Part shown: one piece after another, positions 38,977-48,464 of the stretch
Layout of the letters: each line of letters opens with the position of its first letter
Position numbering within the stretch: the stretch's first letter is position 1
NCBI GenBank assembly: GCA_021851895.1
Contig: JAJZQJ010000001.1
Location: forward strand, 71,338-135,337
From: a bacterium
Lineage (GTDB): Bacteria > Patescibacteriota > Minisyncoccia > Phycocordibacterales > UBA6899
DNA: 64,000 nucleotides
Direction of reading: 5' to 3'
Notes under the pieces: model-generated
The model's input: only the letters and a program-made list of their open reading frames with translations
Database searches by the model: none
What the model was told of the DNA's origin: nothing
Translations under genes and position numbers: made by a program

Positions 38977-39690
38977 TCATTTCGAGAGATCCTCAAGTAC
39001 GCAAACACCATGACCCTCAGGTTTGACATCACGATAGATGCGCTCGATGATACCATCGGGACCAACGACGAACGTCGTTCGCTTATTGAAGAGTCCTCCC
39101 CAGACACCGCAAGCCTTTGCGAATGCGTGCCCCTCATCAACGAGAAGCGGAAATGCGATTTGCTCCTTCGCAATGAAATGCTCATGACTCTCCAGGGAGT
39201 CAGGTGAAACACCATAGATAGCAACCCCCTGCAAAGAGAACTCCGCAGCGAGCTTTGAGAATTCATGCGCTTCTGTAGTGCATCCTGATGTCTCATCCTT
39301 TGGATAAAAGTAAAGCACGAAGCGAGTGCCCAGAAGTTCATCCAACGAAAGTGTTCCTCCGTTTGTCGAAAGCATTGCAAAAGGCGGCAATGGACTTCCA
39401 ATATCAAGTACGTTCTTTTGCGATGGTACAATGGCTTTCTTATCCAACGCCACAGGCTTCACTGTCTTCACCCGTGGAGACGGCTTCTTTTTCGAATCAC
39501 GAATCACCGTCTTCTTTGCCACCTTTGCTACTTTTGTCTTTTTTGCAGATGACGACTTCGTTAATGTGCGTTTCTTCGCAACAGACTTCTTCGCAAGACT
39601 TGTTTTCGAAGTAACACGCTCGACAACGAGCTTCGTTGGCGGACGCTTTTTCTTTTCTACGTGACGAGTAACGGTGAGTTTGATAGCCAT
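38977..39690 (-). CDS. bcp: Peroxiredoxin Bcp (thiol peroxidase) with ~90-aa lysine-rich N-terminal extension
   Basis: FVLYFYPKDETSGCTTEAHEF (peroxidatic Cys in the PxxxT/SxxC context), AhpC/TSA fold. The N-terminus is KKxx/AKK repeats (TKLVVERVTSKTSLAKKSVAKKRTLTKSSSAKKTKVAKVAKKT). Confidence 0.85.
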   Translation of the reverse strand: MAIKLTVTRHVEKKKRPPTKLVVERVTSKTSLAKKSVAKKRTLTKSSSAKKTKVAKVAKKTVIRDSKKKPSPRVKTVKPVALDKKAIVPSQKNVLDIGSPLPPFAMLSTNGGTLSLDELLGTRFVLYFYPKDETSGCTTEAHEFSKLAAEFSLQGVAIYGVSPDSLESHEHFIAKEQIAFPLLVDEGHAFAKACGVWGGLFNKRTTFVVGPDGIIERIYRDVKPEGHGVCVLEDLSK

Positions 39691-39783
39691 GATATTACTT
39701 TAATCCATTAAGCTTAAAGTAGTATAGCACAAAGAATAATGAACGTGCATGATTTTATAGTATCAAAATGAAAAACCGCCAAT

Positions 39784-40764
39784 TTAGGCGGTCTTTGCGG
39801 CGCGAAGTTTCGCAATAAGCATATCCCTGAACGTCTTTATCGACGCATCATCAATGATGGAGATCGCGTAAACTTCTCGCCCAAGTGACGCGAGCGCGGC
39901 TTTCGCAGAATCTACTGTCGCTTGATCAACGAGATCTGTCTTGGTGAGCAATATGATCTCATCTTTTTCAGGCAATCCATTACCGAATTGCTCGAGCTCA
40001 TTACGCATCGTTTTATATGCACCAACAACGTCCTCATTCTCGAGCGAGATGAGATGGAGAAGCATCTTCGTGCGTGAGACATGACGAAGAAACTTGATTC
40101 CTAAACCCCTACCCTCTGCAGCACCTTCAATGAGTCCAGGAATATCAGCAAGGACATATCCATAGAAAGCACCGAGATTCGGCTCGAGTGTCGTGAATTG
40201 GTATGCACCGATCTTCGCAGTTGCATTTGTGAGCTCATTAAGCAAAGAAGACTTTCCCGCATTTGGGAAACCAAGGAAGCCAACATCGACAACAAGCTTG
40301 AGTTCGAGATGAACCTCTGATTGTTCACCCGGCTTTCCAGGAGTTGCCTTATCAGGTGAACGATTTGTTGCGCTCTTAAAACGCTCGTTACCGAGTCCAC
40401 CTCGCCCACCTTCAAGTATGAGCATCGGCTCATCTTCAGTTATCACGTCAAAGACCTTACCAGAATCGAGCAAGGTGACCACGGTACCTACAGGGACAGG
40501 AAGGATGAGATCCTCTCCGTTTCTCCCAAAGAGTGAGTCGCGTCCACCATCGACGCCTCGCTCTGCATGAAACTCCTTCTGGTGTCGATATTTGTAAAGC
40601 AAGCCGAGATCTCGCGATCCGACGACATACACACTGCCACCGTTTCCACCATCTCCACCTGAAGGACCAGCGAATTCCTTTCCTTTTTCGTGACGCCAAC
40701 GGACAACACCGTTCCCACCGTCACCCGCCGCCATATGTATTGTCAATTCATCAACGAATGCCAT
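39784..40764 (-). CDS. obg: GTPase Obg/CgtA
   Basis: Glycine-rich Obg fold (MAAGDGGNGVVRWRHEKGKEFAGPSGGDGGNGGSVY) and G domain (GFLGFPNAGKSSLLNELTNA...DIPGLIEGA). Confidence 0.92.
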   Translation of the reverse strand: MAFVDELTIHMAAGDGGNGVVRWRHEKGKEFAGPSGGDGGNGGSVYVVGSRDLGLLYKYRHQKEFHAERGVDGGRDSLFGRNGEDLILPVPVGTVVTLLDSGKVFDVITEDEPMLILEGGRGGLGNERFKSATNRSPDKATPGKPGEQSEVHLELKLVVDVGFLGFPNAGKSSLLNELTNATAKIGAYQFTTLEPNLGAFYGYVLADIPGLIEGAAEGRGLGIKFLRHVSRTKMLLHLISLENEDVVGAYKTMRNELEQFGNGLPEKDEIILLTKTDLVDQATVDSAKAALASLGREVYAISIIDDASIKTFRDMLIAKLRAAKTA

Positions 40765-40867
40765 AAAAATGATTTAAGATAGAACACCGCGCAGGCGGCG
40801 TATGCGTAATGGCGACAAAATAACACGAAAAAATAGTTTTGTCGAGTAAACATTGCGGCAATTATCG

Positions 40868-41803
40868 CTATCCTATAGCGATCTTCGCAAGCGCGAGCGC
40901 AGCGTCTTTTGTTTTCGCAATTGCAAGAAAACCCTTCTTGTGACAAAAGATACTCCCCTCTACTCCCGTCATCCTCTCGAGTTCCTCGCCCATGAGGCCA
41001 TACCAAGACAGCGGTAGTGGTCTCCTCGTAACGAATGTTGTGATATCGCTTCTGACCGCCTCAACTCTCCATTGATATACATCTGGCGAGAGGACCTGCG
41101 GAGAAACAACGTAGAGTGGTTCTGTATATTTCGATAACTCAGCCTCCCATGGAAGATCTTTGTCGAGAACAATGATACGTTTATCCTCGGTTTGATCATA
41201 AACAGCACGCACGAGACGTGCACCCTCTTGTTCATCCTTTGCGATCGTAAGCTCACGCTCCATGAAGCGTTTCGCAAGTGGAAGCAATTCCGAGAAAAGC
41301 ACATCGGCGTTTATACCCGCGTCCTTCTCCTTCCACGTAGGGTGAAATGCGAAGACGATGTGATGAAAAAGAAGCGGTCGTACGTTAGGGAATACTGGTT
41401 CATAAAGATTGAGTCCATTGTCTCCTGCGTCTACAGGATATGCGATCTTCTGTTCGATCGCATTCCAGGAAAAAATATTTCCATCACAAAGTTCGAGACC
41501 GAAATGCTTCCAGATCAGGCCGAATGATGAATATGGAATACCATCACGCTCCCCTACGCCCTCGCGCTGATGATGATCAAATCGCCCCGATGATGCATCG
41601 AGTACACCTCCGACGTCACACACGATATCACCGCCATCAATGACCTTCTGGTCCCGGGAGCGAACGACGACAGCAGAAAGTCCCTCCCGCTCAAGAAAAA
41701 TCTGCAAGGTTGCAACTGCAAGTAACTCATCAGCATGGAAAGAACCTGAATGCGTCACGATGCGCACAGGACGGTCGTGAGGAAGTGGACATGGAGAATT
41801 CAT
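40868..41803 (-). CDS. MYG1/UPF0160-family metal-dependent hydrolase
   Basis: IVTHSGSFHADELLAVATL (the family's THNGxFHxDE motif) plus conserved DHHQ. Confidence 0.7.
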   Translation of the reverse strand: MNSPCPLPHDRPVRIVTHSGSFHADELLAVATLQIFLEREGLSAVVVRSRDQKVIDGGDIVCDVGGVLDASSGRFDHHQREGVGERDGIPYSSFGLIWKHFGLELCDGNIFSWNAIEQKIAYPVDAGDNGLNLYEPVFPNVRPLLFHHIVFAFHPTWKEKDAGINADVLFSELLPLAKRFMERELTIAKDEQEGARLVRAVYDQTEDKRIIVLDKDLPWEAELSKYTEPLYVVSPQVLSPDVYQWRVEAVRSDITTFVTRRPLPLSWYGLMGEELERMTGVEGSIFCHKKGFLAIAKTKDAALALAKIAIG

Positions 41804-41894
41804 GAATCCATTATACGCGAGCAGAATAGCACGTCTATGGTCAGCAGATGATCGTTTACATGGTATACTATATATACATTAATATATCTTCAAC

Positions 41895-42407
41895 ATGGAA
41901 TTCACAATATTATTAGGGACAGCAAGAGAAGGAAGACGATCAGAGCAGGTCGCACGTTTCGTCGAGAAAACACTCACAAGCGAAGGTCATCAAGTCGACT
42001 TCGTTGATGTTCGCGATTATCTCGACGTAACCTCAAAGATGGGTGGTGCACCCCTCTCCGATCCCATAGGTAGCAAGTGGAGAGAGATCGTCGCGCAAAA
42101 GAAAACACTTATCATCGTTTCACCAGAATATAATCATAGCTATCCTGGTGAGCTCAAGCGTCTGATCGATGCAGCATACCCGGAATACAAAGGAAAACAT
42201 GTTGGCATTATCGGTGTCTCTATGGGCCCCTTTGGTGGTGCGCGCATGATAGAGCAGTTGCAGCTCGTCCTTGTTGCAGTTGGTGCACTTATGCCACGAT
42301 CAGGTATGATCTTTCCTTTTGTACAGGAGCTCTTTGACGACGGAGGCGAGATCAAGGATCCGGCATATAAAGACAGGGTGATCAACTTTATCAAAACATT
42401 CGACTAA
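41895..42407 (+). CDS. NAD(P)H-dependent FMN reductase family protein
   Basis: MEFTILLGTAREGRRSEQVARFVEKTL...LIIVSPEYNHSYPGELKRLID is the flavodoxin-like FMN_red signature. Confidence 0.75.
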   Translation: MEFTILLGTAREGRRSEQVARFVEKTLTSEGHQVDFVDVRDYLDVTSKMGGAPLSDPIGSKWREIVAQKKTLIIVSPEYNHSYPGELKRLIDAAYPEYKGKHVGIIGVSMGPFGGARMIEQLQLVLVAVGALMPRSGMIFPFVQELFDDGGEIKDPAYKDRVINFIKTFD

Positions 42408-42433
42408 CCCATAAGTGTCATGTTCGTTTTGTC

Positions 42434-42802
42434 GTGTATACTATCATCATGATGAAATTACTTGTGAAATGGGCAACACTAACTGTTGCGATCTATATAC
42501 TTGCGACGTACACTCCGGCGATGACGATCACCGAACCCAAGGTCGCTGTCTACGCCGCGCTCGCACTCGGTTTACTGAACGTACTTGTTCGCCCTATCCT
42601 CAAATTACTCGCCCTTCCGATCACACTCATCACATTCGGACTATTCTCACTTGTTATAAACGGATTCATGCTGATCATCGTTCCCCGCTTTGTTGACGGC
42701 ATCACCGTCAATGGATTCTGGTGGGGTGTCATTGGTGCAGCATGTATCAGCATCATCACATCGTTCTTCAACCATCTCCTTCTTGGGTCAGACGATCGTT
42801 AA
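42434..42802 (+). CDS. DUF360 / phage-holin-4-superfamily small membrane protein
   Basis: 4 TM segments; LVRPILKLLALPITLITFGLFSLVINGFMLIIV is characteristic of the family. Confidence 0.6.
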   Translation: MYTIIMMKLLVKWATLTVAIYILATYTPAMTITEPKVAVYAALALGLLNVLVRPILKLLALPITLITFGLFSLVINGFMLIIVPRFVDGITVNGFWWGVIGAACISIITSFFNHLLLGSDDR

Positions 42803-42811
42803 ATAAAAAAA

Positions 42812-43693
42812 TCACTCAGCAAGAGTGATTTTTTTATTCTTCGCGATCAGAATACCTTCCCGTATCAATTCATCGACAGCCTCTTTGCCGCTGTATGGGG
42901 TATCATGAAAAACAGCCTCAGCACGTGCGCGTGAACAAGTGTGGTCACGTACGAGCATTTTGAGTAATGCTCCCCTATATGATCGCTTCGAGCCCTTAAA
43001 TTTCGATTGGGGTTTCTTATATACGAAATCTTCTACCTCTCCATGAAAATCAAACATTGGACAGGCCGGACTATGCCTTCGTGCGGTACATACCATTGCC
43101 CCAAGATCGAGCATCGCATAATTCCAAGCACGACCACGCCCCTTCGGTATCATAGAAGTTGCGAACGCAAAAAGTTCCCTATCGGATGGTATCCTTCCAT
43201 CAAAAAATGCACGAACGAGGATCCTCCGGAGATTCGTATCGATCATGGGGTATGGATCATTCCATGCAAATGCCATGATCGCAGCAGCAGTTGATGCTCC
43301 GATACCAGGGAGACGCTGCAAGGCGTTGAAGTCTCGCGGAAATATGCCTCCATGTTCATCAACGACCGCCCTTGCGGCGAGATGCAAGTACTTCGCGCGA
43401 CGATTGTAGCCGAGTCCAGACCAAAGCACGAGGACAGAAGAGAGCGGAGCTGTGGCAAGTGTATGCACATCCGGGAAACGTTCGATGAATGCTGCGAATT
43501 TCTCTCGCACACGATCGACCTGCGTCTGTTGTAACATGATCTCGGAGACAAGAATGCGATACGGATCGAGCTTCCCCTTGAATTCACGCTTCTTTGGTCT
43601 CCAATCCATCGCACGATACGTGGTATCACTCCAAGAAAACAATATTTCGTTAAATTCTTCGATGCGGTTGTTCACCAGCACAGCATAACCCAA
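42812..43693 (-). CDS. HhH-GPD base-excision glycosylase with 4Fe-4S cluster (MutY/Nth family; no NUDIX C-domain)
   Basis: ILVSEIMLQQTQVDRV, helix-hairpin-helix LQRLPGIGASTAAAIMAFAW, catalytic D (YPMIDTNLRRIL) and a Cys cluster (CTARRHSPACPMFDF). Confidence 0.75.
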   Translation of the reverse strand: MGYAVLVNNRIEEFNEILFSWSDTTYRAMDWRPKKREFKGKLDPYRILVSEIMLQQTQVDRVREKFAAFIERFPDVHTLATAPLSSVLVLWSGLGYNRRAKYLHLAARAVVDEHGGIFPRDFNALQRLPGIGASTAAAIMAFAWNDPYPMIDTNLRRILVRAFFDGRIPSDRELFAFATSMIPKGRGRAWNYAMLDLGAMVCTARRHSPACPMFDFHGEVEDFVYKKPQSKFKGSKRSYRGALLKMLVRDHTCSRARAEAVFHDTPYSGKEAVDELIREGILIAKNKKITLAE

Positions 43694-43763
43694 GAATCAT
43701 GGAACGCAAATGTAAAACAGGCACGTATCCGTGCCTGCTACAGTATGTTTCTTCGATCCGTCA

Positions 43764-44051
43764 TTATTGTACCGGAGATGTCGTCGTTGGTGCGACCGGT
43801 GCCCCGCCGACAGGCGCTACACCGTTTGTGCCCATGCGTCCATCTGGACGGGCATATGCACGTCCATCGCGGCCTGCAAAATTGCCACCGAAGTTCCCAT
43901 CACGAAGCTGTGAGAAATCACGGCCAGCCATGTCACGGAAATCTCGCTCATGGTGACTCAGTGCAAACCCAGACAAACCGCCGAGTAGGCCACCAAGCAC
44001 AAATACGGTGAGCAGAAGCAATCCGACCTTCTTATCGATATGGAGATCCAT
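43764..44051 (-). CDS. Small membrane protein with Gly/Arg-rich tail
   Basis: One TM helix (VGLLLLTVFVLGGLLGGLSGFAL), then GRDFSQLRDGNFGGNFAGRDGRAYARPDG. Confidence 0.4.
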   Translation of the reverse strand: MDLHIDKKVGLLLLTVFVLGGLLGGLSGFALSHHERDFRDMAGRDFSQLRDGNFGGNFAGRDGRAYARPDGRMGTNGVAPVGGAPVAPTTTSPVQ

Positions 44052-44132
44052 AGATAAAAGTTAGCGTATAACTATGCATAAGCATATTACGTACACGATA
44101 CAATATATGGATGAAGAACGAGTGAAGCTGAT

Positions 44133-44414
44133 TTAAGGAGCTATAGGCAACGCATTATCCGTGTTTTTCGCATTTCCCCCTGGCTTCTTGAGATTTCTCT
44201 TTGAAGCTCGTGCTTTCTTTGTCGGGTGTTTCTTGCGATGCTCAACGAGCGAACTATCGGAACTACCCTCTATGAATGTCGTTTTGTTCGATCCGATATC
44301 GTGCATCTTAGATACTGATGCCGCAAGAGCGGAATTACTGAATCCGAGTGCACCCAAACCAAATGCAGTAACCATCACCATCGTGGTGAATTTTTCTCTT
44401 TTGTATGGTCTCAT
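44133..44414 (-). CDS. Small secreted basic protein (start uncertain)
   Basis: Signal-like MRPYKREKFTTMVMVTAFGLGALGFSNSALAA; K/R-rich C-terminus. Confidence 0.3.
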   Translation of the reverse strand: MRPYKREKFTTMVMVTAFGLGALGFSNSALAASVSKMHDIGSNKTTFIEGSSDSSLVEHRKKHPTKKARASKRNLKKPGGNAKNTDNALPIAP

Positions 44415-44559
44415 CGTTATATATCTTAAACTTATAAGACGTGCGCTCATTGCATGTAGCGCAACGATCACCAAACATATCTCATGCCCGCATGGGCAAT
44501 CGATAATTAAAAGTATAAGTTGACCACATGAAGCAAAGATGAGCCCTTAAAGGGCTCAT

Positions 44560-45708
44560 CTAGGCTATAGGAAGACCGATATGCACCGTTGTCCCCACAC
44601 CCTCTTCACTGTCGATATGCACCGTGCCGCCATGCCCTTCGATGATCTGCCTCACGATCGGTAACCCCAACCCTGAACCAGAACCCTCATTACGAGAATG
44701 CGAAGCCTTGTAGAATCGATCAAAGACGAAAGGCAAATCTTTCTTTGCAATACCCACTCCAGTGTCGGAGATACTGATCTCGTAATTATTTCCCTTGATC
44801 TTCGACTTCATGGTGATAGTGCCACCTGCCATCGTATAATTTATTGCATTCTGCAAGACGTTCTGAAAAGCACGTTCAAGCTGATAGCGCTCTCCGCGCA
44901 CGAGCCCATCAATGATCTCCACATGAACAAGTTCGATTGCTCGCCCTTTCGCTTGAGATTCGAATTTCTTCGCAAGCCTCTCAAGGAGATCGCTTATGCG
45001 CACAGTCTCAAAAGTCGAACGATCAGGAAGCTCTTCAGTGCGCGCCATAACAAGAAGATCATCAACAAGCTTCGACATGCGATCGATCTCCTCGAGGTTA
45101 CTTTTGAGTACTTCTTTGAACTCAGTATGATCGTGCGAACCTGTATGCAAAAGCACTTGCGACTCACTTTTCATTATAGCGAGTGGCGTACGCAGATCAT
45201 GAGATGCATCTGCGAGAAAGCGCTTTTGGATGGCGATATTCTCTTGTATCGGCTTCAACGTCCTTCCGGCAATGATATAGCCGAGCAGCGCCACCAAAAA
45301 GAGGAGCACGCCGTCAGCGAGTATGATATTATGCTCGAGATCATCTACGGTACGGCGAAATACGAGAAATCGATTCATTGTAACTCCGGAATGTACCCGA
45401 GGAAGACGAAGGGCCTTCGGTGGAGGCGTCGGTTGCACGGGTGGAGAAGCAAGATCATCAGAAAGTGATTTCGTCGCATTGCTGATGATTGAAAGCTCGT
45501 CGGGTATCATGAACTCATCAGCGACGACCATTCGTGTATTCCGTTCCAATGAAATAAGGAGGGCTATACTGAAAAGTCCGATGATCGCCATAGTGATCAC
45601 CGTATAGAAGATCGTCAGCCGTATGCGCGCGATCTCGAAAGGACTCCTCTTTAATTTACGCCTTAAGGCGGTAACCCACCCCGTGAACCGTTTCAAATAA
45701 TGTTTCAT
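44560..45708 (-). CDS. Sensor histidine kinase (2 TM - HAMP - HisKA - HATPase_c)
   Basis: LADASHDLRTPLAIMKSESQVLL; ISDTGVGIAKKDLPFVFDRFYKA...GSGLGLPIVRQIIEGHGGTV. Overlaps the upstream RR gene. Confidence 0.85.
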   Translation of the reverse strand: MKHYLKRFTGWVTALRRKLKRSPFEIARIRLTIFYTVITMAIIGLFSIALLISLERNTRMVVADEFMIPDELSIISNATKSLSDDLASPPVQPTPPPKALRLPRVHSGVTMNRFLVFRRTVDDLEHNIILADGVLLFLVALLGYIIAGRTLKPIQENIAIQKRFLADASHDLRTPLAIMKSESQVLLHTGSHDHTEFKEVLKSNLEEIDRMSKLVDDLLVMARTEELPDRSTFETVRISDLLERLAKKFESQAKGRAIELVHVEIIDGLVRGERYQLERAFQNVLQNAINYTMAGGTITMKSKIKGNNYEISISDTGVGIAKKDLPFVFDRFYKASHSRNEGSGSGLGLPIVRQIIEGHGGTVHIDSEEGVGTTVHIGLPIA

Positions 45709-46327
45709 GTTTATGCTGAAGCTTCTTGCGGAGATTCTTTATATGTACATCGACCACATTACTTAAGCCATCATATGCGAAATCCCAAGCATGACCAAGT
45801 ATCTTCTCTCTGGTCAAAGCCTCATTTGGATGTCGCATGAATTGTTCGAGTATTGAAAACTCCTTCGCGGTAAGTGAAATTTCCTTACCCGCGCGTGTTA
45901 CAATGCGCGTGATCGGATTCAATGTAATACCGCGCACTTCTATCTCGGAAACAAACTTCTCCGTAGGGCGCCTAAGCAACGCTTGCACGCGCGCAGCGAG
46001 CTCTGGAAAATCGAAGGGCTTCACAAGGTAATCATCTGCGCCGATATTCAGTCCTTCTATCTTGTCGTCGAGTGCATCCTTTGCAGTCAACATGATGATC
46101 GGCAACGTTGCACCCTTCTCTCTCAGCGTACGACAAATATCCATGCCATCCATCCCTGGAAGCATGCGGTCGAGTATGATGAGGTCATAATCACCATAGT
46201 CGAATTCGAGGCGACGCATGGCCTCACCGCCATCATGGATCATATCCACAGCATAACCATAGTGCTCAAGTCCTTTTTTGACCGAGCGCGCCAACTTTTC
46301 CTGGTCTTCGATGATAAGTATTCTCAT
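45656..46327 (-). CDS. OmpR-family response regulator
   Basis: MRILIIEDQEKLARSVKKGL...DLIILDRMLPGMDGMDICRTLR...LTAKDALDDKIEGLNIGADDYLVKPF plus winged-helix C-terminus. Confidence 0.9.
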   Translation of the reverse strand: MRILIIEDQEKLARSVKKGLEHYGYAVDMIHDGGEAMRRLEFDYGDYDLIILDRMLPGMDGMDICRTLREKGATLPIIMLTAKDALDDKIEGLNIGADDYLVKPFDFPELAARVQALLRRPTEKFVSEIEVRGITLNPITRIVTRAGKEISLTAKEFSILEQFMRHPNEALTREKILGHAWDFAYDGLSNVVDVHIKNLRKKLQHKHETLFETVHGVGYRLKA

Positions 46328-46446
46328 ATCCTTAACTATGTATTATGAGAATGAAGATATCATGAACACTATCATTCTCATCTTACGTTCAGCATACTGC
46401 ATAAATCATGTAACGCAATATGGGCCATAGGGCCCATATTTATGCA

Positions 46447-46905
46447 TTACTCCACAATGACTGTCCCCTGATCTTTTGGAGAGAGATGATTATGGTAGTT
46501 CCATGACCCAGCGATATCGAACTTAAAACTCCAAGATTCTCCAGGAAGGAGCCCTCTACATGCATCAAAGGTACTTCCGATACAACCACCTGTCGTAGGA
46601 TACTCCCTATGGGTAGGATGTACGCCAGAAGCCGGCCACATGCTTTGACTACTGTTGTTTACGAAAGTCACCTCTGTTCCTGCTTTCACGCGCAAAGGAT
46701 CCGGTGAAAATCCTGTATCTGAATAGACGATGGTCGAAGAAGTTGCCGGCGGCTGCACTGCGTTTCTATTTTGCTGCACTTCAGCTGATGGAGCATTCGT
46801 CTGAGGATGCACCGCGGTCTTATTGCCATTATCGCGCACATAAGAAAATACGACGATACCAACCAAGACAAGAGTAATGACTACAATGAGCGCATATTTA
46901 TTCAT
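46447..46905 (-). CDS. Secreted cupredoxin-like protein
   Basis: Signal/TM anchor, VKAGTEVTFVNNSSQSMWPASGVHPTH...WNYHNHLSPKDQGTVIV (His-rich, Greek-key-like). Confidence 0.4.
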   Translation of the reverse strand: MNKYALIVVITLVLVGIVVFSYVRDNGNKTAVHPQTNAPSAEVQQNRNAVQPPATSSTIVYSDTGFSPDPLRVKAGTEVTFVNNSSQSMWPASGVHPTHREYPTTGGCIGSTFDACRGLLPGESWSFKFDIAGSWNYHNHLSPKDQGTVIVE

Positions 46906-47278
46906 GGTAGTGGAAAAGTTTATATGCGATAGGCTCTGGTAAAGACTCCATCATGAGTGCAAGTGCTGCAGCCAAGATAGCGATATCGCGAACAGTGATA
47001 TCAGTAATGCCACTCACCACAAGAACGAAAAATACATGGAGCGCACCTACCGCAGCGGCAAGCGGAATGACCACACCGAGCGCGAGCAATGCGCCGATGA
47101 CGAGATCAAGCACGCCGACACTGAGCATCATGGGCTCCATCGCAAATGGAATGAGCTTCTCTGCCCAAGGCTGCATATAGCTTCCCCACATTGCAGGTTG
47201 CATGATGATCAATACACCGATCCAAAGAAATGTTACCGCGAGCCCGATACGCAGAATATGTAAGGGTATCTTTTTCAT
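46898..47278 (-). CDS. Small polytopic membrane protein (DoxX-like)
   Basis: 4 TM helices; overlaps the downstream gene by 8 nt. Confidence 0.4.
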   Translation of the reverse strand: MKKIPLHILRIGLAVTFLWIGVLIIMQPAMWGSYMQPWAEKLIPFAMEPMMLSVGVLDLVIGALLALGVVIPLAAAVGALHVFFVLVVSGITDITVRDIAILAAALALMMESLPEPIAYKLFHYHE

Positions 47279-47373
47279 GTTACTTAACTTATGTATAGTA
47301 TTATAACGCGACTATTTGCTTTGGCAAAGAAAATAGGATAATAAAAAACCTGCACATGCAGGTTTTATTATGA

Positions 47374-47793
47374 TCATTCTGAAACCGTAAGCGTACCCCA
47401 CTGACCCCCTGCTCTATGTCCAGGCTTTGAACAGTAGTACACGAAACTTCCCACCTTGTCTGCAATGAACTCCACAACGACTTCCTGATTCAAGGGGAGT
47501 TCCTTCTTGATCCCATATTCATCGATAGTGAAATCATGCATTCCCGCAGTGTTCGTGATCTTCACGCGAACGAGATCCCCCTTCTTGACCGACATCTCTT
47601 TGAGTGAATACCATTTCCCTTTTGCGTCATAGTATGCGGTCATGGAAAATTCTTTGACCGGAGCAGTACTTGCGACACTTGCCTTTGTCTCATTAGCGCC
47701 TGATGGAGAAACTGCCTGTCTGCTCCGCAATGCAAAGTATCCACCGATAACAACGAGTATGAGCAGTGTGAGCACTGTATTTCTTGAATTCAT
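47374..47793 (-). CDS. Blue-copper (type 1) cupredoxin, plastocyanin/azurin-like
   Basis: Signal anchor; copper ligands in the canonical spacing, H..(N)..YYCSKPGHRAGGQWGTL (Cys-x2-Pro-Gly-His...Gln/Met). Confidence 0.6.
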   Translation of the reverse strand: MNSRNTVLTLLILVVIGGYFALRSRQAVSPSGANETKASVASTAPVKEFSMTAYYDAKGKWYSLKEMSVKKGDLVRVKITNTAGMHDFTIDEYGIKKELPLNQEVVVEFIADKVGSFVYYCSKPGHRAGGQWGTLTVSE

Positions 47794-48309
47794 GTATGTT
47801 ATATTGATTGTTATTTTCCCAAAATTTCGATTTCAATGACTGAAGAGCACTAACGTATTATACCTGAGAGATAGTAAATATCACGAGCATGGCTCGTGAT
47901 ATTTGGAGATACGGGGAGAATCTCACGTCGCGATGCGGCGACACGGCTCACAAAGTATCTTGCTCCACGTATTCGCAAGATGCTAAGTGGCCGTCGTCAC
48001 GACTCGCGGCCTCGAAGACTCGGCATCGCTCCGTCTCGCTCAGGGGAAAATGCTCCGCATTTTCTTTCTCCCTTTGCGCCCCAAAGGGGCCCGCACGGCA
48101 CTGCTCCTCTATCTCCTTACAGGAGCTGTACACCTTTTGGATCTTTTGTTTCGAAGACTCACAAAAGTTCTCAAAAGGTCTTGCGCTCTCGCTCCCATAA
48201 GAATGGGACCCATGTGCGAGAGCTCACCCACGGTTCCTAACGCTTTCTTTGAAGACGAAGAAAGCTGTGCTCCTCCACGGGGAACCTCCCCGTTCCCCGA
48301 CCCCTTCGA

Positions 48310-48395
48310 CGTTCGAATCCCCGCGACTCCGCAAAAACAAAAAATGAACAAGCATTCTTGTTCATTTTTTGTTTTTGCGGAGTCGCGGGGATTCG
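48310..48395. repeat. Perfect ~42-bp-arm palindrome formed by an inverted copy of the tRNA-Ser 3' end plus trailer
   Basis: GTTCGAATCCCCGCGACTCCGCAAAAACAAAAAATGAACAAG cattc CTTGTTCATTTTTTGTTTTTGCGGAGTCGCGGGGATTCGAAC; the right arm is the 3' T-loop/acceptor of the tRNA gene itself. Confidence 0.8.
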
Positions 48396-48464
48396 AACCC
48401 CGGATGGCTGTTACACCATACTCACTTTCCAGGCGAGCGCACTAGACCACTATGCGACGACTCC
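48378..48464 (-). tRNA. tRNA-Ser (anticodon GGA), type II with long variable arm
   Basis: GGAGUCG-UC-GCAU-AGUGGUCUA-GUGC-G-CUCGC-CUGGAAA-GUGAG-UAUGGUGUAACAGCCAUC-CGGGG-UUCGAAU-CCCCG-CGACUCC-G; 87 nt, CCA not encoded. Confidence 0.9.

Noticed and set aside
47897-48332. tmRNA hypothesis: plus-strand copy of the tRNA 3' end (GUUCGAAUCCCCGCGACUCCGCA) as the tRNA-like domain of tmRNA
   Set aside because: The 5 nt preceding the T-loop (CGACG) cannot pair with CCCCG, so no T-arm forms. There is no matching 5' acceptor strand or ALAA-type tag reading frame. The copy is explained by the palindrome.
47889-48445. Three overlapping plus-strand ORFs in the GC-rich block next to tRNA-Ser
   Set aside because: No RBS, composition-driven open frames, and one runs through the tRNA gene. 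They are treated as non-coding or decayed sequence.
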